DNA from: Chrysomallon squamiferum
Lineage: Eukaryota; Animalia; Mollusca
Assembly (NCBI GenBank): GCA_012295275.1
Contig: CM022666.1
Location: 9,734,001 to 9,798,000, forward strand
Reading direction: 5' to 3'
Length of the DNA: 64,000 nucleotides
Part shown: one piece after another, positions 55,801-64,000 of the stretch
Numbering within the stretch: the stretch's first letter is position 1
How the letters are laid out: each line of letters starts with the position of its first letter
Made by a program: the position numbers and the translations under genes
The notes under the pieces: model-generated
Told to the model about the DNA's origin: nothing
The model's database searches: none
Seen by the model: the letters and a program-made list of their open reading frames with translations, nothing else

Positions 55801-58800
55801 CTACATAAAAATCCAAGACCACCCAAAAAAAAAAATTATTTCTCTGTTCTATTGTTTATCCATTACAAGATGTATAGGACATTTTAAATATACCACCTTC
55901 ATTCATTCAGTATACAAAACAGGCTGTGATCTGTTGATCAAATCTTAAAACTAAATATTTAAAGAAATATCTTCCTTAAATGATCTGAATTTTACTTATT
56001 TATATTTTAAATATATGGTGGCAAAAACATTTACAAACAAAAAAATCATTAAACCAGTTTTATAAATTGTGTATAATAGTAACATAAAATAATAATAAAA
56101 ACCCACAAAATAATGCAGAAACTTTTTATTTTACTTATGTATTTATCTTTTAAAGAAACGACAACATAAATCTGTTTCTTTTAAATAAAAGTTAATTTCA
56201 TTTAGTTTTGGGGTTATTTAGGATTGCAGAATAAAACGAAGAGCTGGTTAATATCTTAAGATATCAGCTTTATCTTGCTCAGTCAAACTGATTTCAGGAT
56301 AAAGCTTATATATATTATGACAGTAACCAGTTACAAAACTGTGAACAAAAATATTATTCTTTTATATTTCTTATTATTGTTGTTTCTCTGGATTTTGTCT
56401 TTTTGTAGTTTCTTTTTTCATTTTTTTCTTCATTTTTCTTTTTTCTTTTAAATTATCTTTTATAATTTTGAACCTATTTTTTATTTTGTCTCATTTTCAT
56501 CATGAAACTGTGTTCTTAATTTTTGATGCTCATTTTTCTCACTGTTCATTCTGTTTATTTCTGTACATAATGATTATTATTATTTTTATTTTTTTTATGT
56601 TTGTATACTTGTAGCATGCTTGTAACCAACATCTTTAAGATGTAATAAAAACTTTCTACTTTGTTTTGTTTTGTTTTTATTTTCTTTGTTACATTTCTAC
56701 TGCTAACTGTTGCTGTTAAAACAGTTTTTCTTTTATTTACTGTTTTACTTATTATTTATTTCTTTTAATGCTATTTTGTGTTTATTTGTATTTATTGTTT
56801 ATTCATTATAATGCTATTATTATTATTATTTTCTTTTTATTGTTTCTGTTTATTTTTATGTTATTGTTTGTTTAATGTTTTTATTTGTTTATTATTTTTA
56901 ATGTTGAATTTTTTTATGTTTTAATTTTGTCAAAGGAGTTATTTTTATCATTTTGTGTTCAAATGGTCAGTAATGTGTTGTACTTTTAAATTAGAGACTG
57001 CTCATATTGAGTTCACAGTAAAGTATTACTTTTAATCATTTATCAAACTAATGTGGTTATCTCAGTGGTTAAGTTCTGATGCGAAACATGACAGAGTGGT
57101 GGATCAATCCTTGGTGCCATGGGCACTCTCAAGTTTCAGAAATTAAAATAAGTAAATAAATAAAACATCAACTGCACTAGGATTATTAATGTTTATTAAT
57201 GAAATGATATGGCAAAGAAATGCCATAGTAAGATGTAAGTGAACTGCAAGCATTACTTTTCATTTTACCCTAGAATTAAAAACTTGTCTGGAAACATCCA
57301 CCTTCCCATATGTAGATAAATTCCCCAGTACCTGTAGTGAAAGCAGCAGTGAACAGATTATATTGATTATAAAAGAATGTTTGATATTTTATGTCACATA
57401 ATCACTGATATAGGGTAATGCCTGGGTATCCTCTGCTCCTATAAAAGTTCAGTTTTTGCCTTGAAATGACAGAAGTAGTATAGACATTAATGATCTTGTA
57501 AATGCTTTTCATGCTGGAATGTTGCGAAACATCTATTTATTGATCTTGTAAGTGCATATAAAAAAGCTATTTTTCTAATATATAGTGTCGCAGATGGTTA
57601 GCAGCAAAGAATAAATTGTGCACTGACTTGCTTTTGTATGTCATCATTAAACAACAACAAAAAAAACCCCTCAGTAATATGTAAACTTAGAAATATACTG
57701 ACATCTCCATAGACATCTCCATTAATTCCTGATTAGTTACCTTCTTTCCACAATGTGATGTAAAACACAAGGAATAATTTTGCATCAGAGTTTTCATGCT
57801 GTGACTGAAGCAACATACTTTACCACTAATTTACCTAGCTGGAAATAAAATTGCTTCTTCCTTCCAGCTTTCACTTGGTTATTATAAAAACTATGTATAT
57901 ACTAATATACACTGGTTTACATAAATAATAACAGCAGCAAACTTTGTAACTTCTCACTAAACCTGCTGCATCCATTTTGAACTGATTGCATAATGCTGCC
58001 AGAGTAATATATATCTTAATGGGTTCTACAAGAGAAAACAAACATAAAATAAATTGGGTATGTGTGTATACACATACGTAACAACAACTGTACAGAAAGG
58101 AAATATATTAAAAAAAACTTAACATAAAGCTGAGACACAAGCAAACCAGTCAAAGACATATATTTAGCAGAGTTCAGGTATGCTTCAATCAGAAAATTGA
58201 CAGACATATTTATCATGGACATGGCTTGAGACATCTGTCTATTCTGTTACAAAGATAAAAGAAAATATTTAATTTATTCTTGAACAGCCAGCAAATGTCC
58301 TGGATGAATCAGCAGAAACGAGATGTTCACCACCAGTCAGAAGTAGACTACAACAGGGGTAGACAACCACAGCAGCAGAATTAGTAAGTTATAACTTAAT
58401 ATTATATTTCTCAACGTTAACTTTTTAATTTTAATTTTTATTGTTTGTCACCATGCTGTATAGAACAGATGTGTTATTTTGATGAGGGGTTACTTTTATT
58501 TTTTCTCTTTTTGTTGTACATTGTTCCTTTCCTTTATACATTTCCCTGAAAAAAAATTATAGTTTAGAAAATAAAATAATTACAGTATATAATTTTGTAA
58601 ATAATGAGCAAGTCACTAATTTTCTAAACCTTATCAACTAGGACATTAAATACATTGATTATCGATTAAAGATAATGCTAATTATCACTTATCTAGCAAA
58701 ACAAAAAAATAGCATGAACATATGCAGCAATTTGCTTTTACAAAAAGTATTTATCTACTATCTTTTTGATGACATTTGTACCACTCTATTTCCATTCTTT

Positions 58801-59662
58801 TAGTTCATCATTTGTCCTTTATTTGTTTTAGTTCTAATTAATTCAGTTGTGTTTTGACCTTTATTTCAGGTCATCATTTGTCCATTATTTCAATTTATTA
58901 ATATTATTTTAATTTATCCTTTGTCCATTATTTCATTTCATTATTTGCCCATTACTTTAATTCCTCCTTTCTCCATTATTTCAATTCATCCTTGCATTAT
59001 TTCAGTTCCTCATTTCAGTTCCTCATTTGTTCATTATTTCAATTTATCCTTTCTCCATTTCAGTCCACCGTTTGTTCATAATTTTATTTCATCATTTATT
59101 CATGATCTCAGTTCATCATTTATTCATAACTTCAGTTCATCATTTGTCCAGTATTTCAGTTCACCACCTGTATTTCCATTATTTCAGTTCTCAGAGTGAC
59201 GGAGAACCCAGCAGTAGTATTAGTGAATTCTCCAGTCCAGTAGCTACACCCCAGTCACATGGTTACTATCAACAGACAAATCAACAGCCACAACAGCAGC
59301 AACAGCAACGACAGCAACAGGGTCAGTTTTACACTGGCTTGTTTGAGGATGATTCTCAGTACATAGAAGATGGATCAGTAAGAACTATTTTAATATTTTT
59401 AAAAGTTCAAGTGATTAAATAAGCAGAACTATTTTATTATTATTACTATTGTTATTGTTATTATTATTACTATTGTTCTTAATGTTACTGTTATTATTTT
59501 TATTATTAATAGTATTGTTACTGTTGTTATTATTACTATCATTATTGACACTGTTATAGTTGTTTTTGAAATTATTACTATTATTGTTAATGTTATTGTT
59601 ATTGTTACTATGATTATTATTATTATTATTATTATTATGATCAACATCATCATATCTTATTA

Positions 59663-59726
<64 letters not shown>

Positions 59727-60977
59727 GCTGTTATTGTTGTTACTGTTTTTTGTTATTTTCTTATGGGTCAGTTAACCATTATTCAAAATCCTTGGTGATG
59801 GCAGTGAAAGTTATTCTCCAAAATTGTTCTGCTTTTTAAGATTCTTCTGTATCTATGAGTACTTGTTAAACTGGCATTATTTGCTTTTCTGAAACTGCTA
59901 CAAAGTGATCACAAAGAAAAGTGTTAAGTGCTTGATAACTGGTCTCTCTATTCCAAATTTTTTAAAGTTTCTTTTAAAACCTATATATGTAAATTTTCAA
60001 AGTTTTTGAAATTCAGGAAATGGATCGTTGACCCACCTTAAATTTATTACTGTTATTGTTTTTAATATATTTTGTTCTTTATTAACAGTAATATATCAGA
60101 ACAAAATGAAACCAGTGTGAATACAGGTTATGTTTAACAAAAATCAAGTTTTAAGGCCTGTAAAATAATAACATTAGATTTAAAATTGTGTACATATACA
60201 CTAAACAAATTACAACAGGGTAGTCAGCACATAGTTCAACAACAGCAGATAACACAGCAGCAGCAGCAGCAGCAACAACAGCAGCTAGCCAGTCAGCAGT
60301 CACTAACACAACATCAGTTACCACAGCAGCAGGGTTATGTAAGTTTGATGTTGTGGCTTAAGCATGCTAGCAGCATTTTGGTGGTCATGAAATATATAGA
60401 GCCTTTAGCTCAGTGGTTGACTTTAGTACACTGGTTGTAGGTGTTTGCTTTATTGCAGAAGCTGTAGGGTGTTAGCCTTAGTACAGTGGATCTAGGATAT
60501 TAGCTTGTGCAGGTTAAAGGTGTTTTAGTGGAGCGACTGTAGAATGTTTGCTTTAGTGCAATGGATGTGTCATGAAGCTTTAGTGTGTTGATTTTATTAG
60601 CATGGCTGTGGATGTTAGTTTTGGGGCATTGAGAAGTTCTGTTCAGTAGCTGTAGTGAGGTGGCTTTAGTAACTTTTTTTGTATTATACTTTTACCAATA
60701 TCACAAATTGCTGAATACAGGTCTTTTAATTGGAATATATGTATATAATTATATTATTACTTTACTAACTTGTTTCAATACTGATTGTAGAATAAAAGAT
60801 TACAGTCCAGACTGCTGTGAAATGTATATTGCATTGCTAATATTTTAATGTTTAAAACTGAAATATCATACTTGTCTTGTATTGTTTATTCATCATCTTT
60901 TTCTTTTACGTTTCTTTATTATATATATAATTTTTTTTTTCTTCCAGTCCGATGTCAGCAGCAGAGCGAGTTATTAA
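31876..60977 (+). CDS. STAG1: Cohesin subunit SA (STAG1/STAG2 orthologue), about 1274 aa, 33 coding exons
   Basis: Exons 31876-32003, 32285-32372, 34251-34373, 34909-35082, 35421-35625, 35857-36008, 36489-36562, 37120-37243, 37564-37662, 38551-38630, 39143-39365, 40085-40199, 42789-42892, 43603-43692, 45304-45393, 46084-46143, 46510-46653, 47045-47115, 47864-47951, 48696-48776, 49851-49946, 50174-50327, 50688-50821, 51206-51307, 52031-52099, 52459-52535, 53239-53367, 53823-54010, 54548-54674, 58288-58383, 59188-59377, 60219-60338, 60948-60977 (3825 nt, open). STAG motifs: [121 protein letters not shown]. The last four exons are less certain. Confidence 0.95.
32497..34175. mobile_element. Non-autonomous TIR DNA transposon, copy 1 (7-bp TSD, hATw-like)
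   Basis: TIR TAGGTACCGGCAG ... CTGCCGGTACCTA; TSD CATTGAC on both sides (32490-32496, 34176-34182); highly similar to 40405-42351. Confidence 0.85.
33407..33681. mobile_element. Partial (left-arm) Sola2-like MITE nested in the 7-bp-TSD element
   Basis: Begins GGGTCATTCCATGTCAAATCACC and aligns by eye with 52668-52935; absent from the sister element at 40405-42351. Confidence 0.75.
37978..38440 (+). repeat. Intronic inverted repeat, copy A (STAG intron 9)
   Basis: Reverse complement of 42398-42760, apart from a ~100-bp segment (38211-38310) missing in copy B. Confidence 0.85.
40405..42351. mobile_element. Non-autonomous TIR DNA transposon, copy 2 (7-bp TSD, hATw-like)
   Basis: TIR TAGGTGCCGGCAG ... 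CTGTCAGTACCTA; TSD ATTCTTG on both sides (40398-40404, 42352-42358). The near-identical ORF-track entries at 32869 and 40754 come from this repeat. Confidence 0.85.
42398..42760 (-). repeat. Intronic inverted repeat, copy B (STAG intron 12)
   Basis: For example CTGAGCACACGCACAGTAATTTCACTAGTGACATGACCACTTTTGCC is the exact reverse complement of 38311-38357. Confidence 0.85.
43900..45242. mobile_element. Possible degenerate DNA-transposon remnant (Kolobok-like right end)
   Basis: Higher-complexity intronic block with a CCAAT/ATTGG promoter-like centre, a broken ORF (44383-44631) and a CTTCTCCCCTAAG end. No matching left TIR found. Confidence 0.3.
46255..46532 (+). repeat. ~68-bp tandem repeat overlapping the STAG exon 17 acceptor
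   Basis: Units AATGTTTTATTTTCA...GAAAC...TTGGAGT..TGTTCTA; the last unit contains the real AG at 46508-46509. Confidence 0.75.
49281..49662 (+). mobile_element. Degenerate tRNA-derived SINE-like remnant
   Basis: A-box-like TGGCGTATGG and B-box-like AGTTCCATCC, followed by CCCACCCAAACCAGCGCTCC and later CCTTGCTGCTGAATGAAAAAGAACAGC, which resemble from memory the core of molluscan MetaSINEs. Not verified by search. Confidence 0.35.
52668..53111. mobile_element. Non-autonomous MITE of the same Sola2-like family
   Basis: TIRs GGGTCATGCCGTGTCAAATCA ... TGATTTGACATGGAATGACCC; 4-bp TSD TATT (52664-52667 and 53112-53115). GRG termini with a 4-bp TSD fit Sola2. Confidence 0.8.
57053..57165 (+). mobile_element. 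Degenerate tRNA-related SINE-like remnant
   Basis: A-box-like TATCTCAGTGG, B-box-like GGATCAATCC about 40 nt downstream, and a (TAAA)n tail. Confidence 0.35.
58790..59192 (+). repeat. ~23-bp minisatellite ending in the STAG exon 31 acceptor
   Basis: Degenerate copies of TTTCAGTTCATCATTTGTCCATTA; the final one is ATTTCAG|TTCTCAG at 59187/59188. Confidence 0.8.
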
Positions 60978-62939
60978 AGACAACAGCCAGAGAACAGATT
61001 TATTACTGCCATTGTTTAATAAAAATGTGCGATTTCTAATCATAGTTTAATATATTAGTGTTTCATTTTTATCAAGAATTCACTGTGTAGTCTGAAAAAT
61101 ACTTAAATGCCATTTACATTTTGACTATTGATTATCCTTGAAAATATCATGTTTTATTTACCAGTAATTATTGTTGAAATAAAATTATTTTAATCTTGCT
61201 TTAAGATACATTCCAATGTGGTATCTCCAAACTCAGTTTCATTCCATGACAAGCCTAAAAATTAATTTAATTAATTAATTACTTTAATAATTTCCAACCC
61301 CCCCCCATTAAATTAGAATTAAATTCTATTTCATAATTTTATCATATAAATAATTTTTGGCTTTTAAACATTAAGTTTATCACGTATAATTTGCTGTTCC
61401 TTTCAATAATTATTAAGCATTAGCGTTTCATTATCATATAAAATTTGGCCATTGATTTTTTGTTTTTAAATTTTGCTGTTTATCATGGATTTTATCACAA
61501 CTTAACAATATACATTTTACCATTATTTTAATACGTTTCATATTACAGTTCGTAAAATCGCGATACATCTTATCATTTAAAACATTTTGCTTTTAATTTT
61601 TTGTTTTTTCATTATAGAGCATTTAGACATTGAAAAATTACTGTCATCCTAAATTATGTTGTAAAATTCTCTTCTTGATAGTAATAAGTTTATAAAATTC
61701 TGTTCTTAGTGAATAGCAAGTTTGTAAAATTATGTTTTTGATGTGTGTGTGTATGTGTGTGTGTGTGTAGTATATTAGCCTAATTCTTGATATATAGTAA
61801 GTACGTAAAATTCCTTTCTTAATGTATAGTGAGTTATTGCTTTTTTGTTGTTATTGTTTGTGGGTTTTTTTGTTGTTTCTGGAATTTAATAAATAAAAAT
61901 AAAAATGCAGTTACTTATATTTATTTTAGTTTTCTGAGTTTATATTACCCAATAAATACTTCAATTGATAAACTGTTGTGCACGGATATTTATTTATTGT
62001 CTAGTCAGAACATTCTGTCTTGCATAAAATGAGAATAAACTATATAGCAATATTTTCAGTCTGGATTTGTGTGTGCGTGTGTTCGCATACCTATGTCTGC
62101 AAGAGAGATATTTGTTTTTAAATCTGCTTAAAGGGATCTGAAAGATTATGCTGTGTGATAAATACCAGTCTCTTACACAAATACACTCATTTCTCTCTCT
62201 TTCACCCCTGCAGGAAAACAAATGTATAAGATTTCTTACGACTAACGTGCGAATTACAAATGATCTGATCTTTTTATTTAAAACAAATTTAAATACTCTT
62301 TTTTGCTCATGTGTTTATAGTGTGTGTTTGTGTATGTGTATATATGTATATATATATATATGTAAAAATATGTCTGAAGGAATTTTACTGACGATTAATC
62401 AGCATTCAGCATATTTTTATTCCTTTTTATTTCATTACTAGTACTTATTTTTTTATTTTGTGAATCGGCAACGCATTAGACATATCTTCCATCTTTCTTA
62501 ATATAACAACTACTGATATTTCATAAATTGTAAAATGTGTACATGGAAATAATTTATGATAAACAGATAATTTTGTGTTTTACTTTTTGCCTTCTTTTTC
62601 TGAATATTTTGCTGCTAGTTCCAACATAAAAAGGTCATGAAAAAAGTCATGAAAAAATGACTGTTCATCATCACTTCGGATTGCTAATTCTGATTACTGT
62701 CACTGACATTTTTATCATTTTGGTTTAAGTAAATTAGATAAATATAAAGAAAAAGAAATGTTAGTTAATAACAAATTACGATAATGAACTATATAGGTTC
62801 CTGATTTATGATAACGGTAACTATAGTAACAGATCTCGAAACGAAAATGTTAACACTGTATAACAGGAAACTTGTATTCGTTACATAACGGGCTAAATAC
62901 AATAGCGATGCATTCAGCTTTGAATCGGTACATAACAAT

Positions 62940-63009
62940 GTCAGGATGGCCGAGCGGTCTAAGGCGCCGTCTGGGTCTCCAGGCGTGGAATCGAATACCA
63001 TTTCTGATA
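62940..63009 (+). pseudogene. tRNA-Leu pseudogene (likely Leu-CAA-derived) with deleted anticodon loop
   Basis: GTCAGGATGGCCGAGCGGTCTAAGGCGCC matches the eukaryotic tRNA-Leu 5' half. The anticodon arm is collapsed (CCGTCTGG), the T-arm is mutated (GTGGAATCGAATACCA), and the 3' end TTTCTGATA is followed by TGTTTT. Confidence 0.8.
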
Positions 63010-64000
63010 TGTTTTCTTCTTGTATATTAATAACGTAAATAATTATTTATATATTAATAACGTAATTAATCTTTGATTAATAACTTAACATTTTATTTAT
63101 TCATAATATAATTATTTTATTCATTCATAACGTTAAAAATGTATATATAAATAACCTTAATTATTTTATTTATAAATAACTTGTTTATATTTTATTAATA
63201 ACTTAGCTAATGTTTCATTATTAATAACACAGCTATAGAAATCACAACACATTCTTGTTAACATTTTAATATAAATTAATGATATACTGTTAACTAAATA
63301 CAGAGACGTACATTTTAAAAGAGTCGGAGCTACTAGTCACGTAATTCAGTAACAACTGACTGAACAACTAAAAATCAAGACAAGTGATTCTGTTTTCATC
63401 ATTGTGTGGAATCAGTTGGAGTTTAGTACAATGCTAAATGTATTTTCGATCTTGACTAAGTTTTAGTCTGGCAGTCCTAAAACGAATGCCTATTATTAAA
63501 ATTTAAACAGTAAACAAAATAAAATTTAAAATACCTGATGATTCTTCACAATGAGATATTAAATATAAGTCAATTAAATAAGTCAATTAAATAAATTCAT
63601 ACATAAAAAAGATTAGTAAGTTTTATTACTTGGTACTTTACAATATTACTTTAAAGAATTGTGACGTTAAAAACAAAAAAAAAAGATTAAAATAAATAAA
63701 TAAAATAAATAAAAAATAAAAATGCAGGAAGGGAGGTAATTCACAAAGATATTTAATATCGTCGCTACTGGAAGACGTAACAAACCATATTGTAATATTT
63801 TACCAGTCTCTCACGATTTTCTACGTCCACAATTATACAGATAGGTAAATAAACTGATACATGCACTGAACGACAATAAAATAGATGAATGGACATAGAG
63901 AAGAGCGATGGACAGAAAGAATGACAAAGACAGATAATGAAAAAAAACGGAAAGACACAGATAGTTATAACATGCACTATATTTAAAAAGCTATTTATTA

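Noticed and set aside
60340-60670. TTAGT-containing degenerate repeat after STAG exon 32, considered as telomere-like or donor-seeded
   Set aside because: Not TTAGGG arrays, and the units do not clearly include the donor; treated as an ordinary decayed minisatellite.
12634-60977. Non-canonical (U12, AT-AC or GC-AG) introns
   Set aside because: All junctions I mapped are GT-AG and none shows the GTATCCTT U12 donor.
63300-64000. Possible exon of a further gene near the right edge
   Set aside because: No convincing ORF with paired splice sites or a recognisable motif.

Overview
AT-rich, microsatellite-dense animal genomic DNA; a mollusc-like lophotrochozoan is my inference, and the species cannot be fixed from the sequence. 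Most ORFs in the six-frame track are low-complexity artefacts. Three intron-rich genes were spliced by hand with canonical GT-AG sites and consistent reading phase: (1) a minus-strand membrane NIT-domain guanylate cyclase (517-5047, continues off the left edge); (2) a minus-strand 22-coding-exon SLC9A Na+/H+ exchanger (12634-28402, about 809 aa); (3) a plus-strand 33-coding-exon cohesin subunit SA/STAG1/2 (31876-60977, about 1274 aa) with a Q-rich tail, head-to-head with the exchanger. Mobile DNA includes a decayed Sola2-like transposon and derived MITEs, two copies of a TIR element with 7-bp target-site duplications, a probable solo LTR, SINE-like remnants and a tRNA-Leu pseudogene. The most striking unexplained structure is a set of tandem repeats built from the splice junctions themselves at about ten exon-intron borders across all three genes. 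These form arrays of decoy donors, decoy acceptors and pseudo-microexons that extend into the intron.
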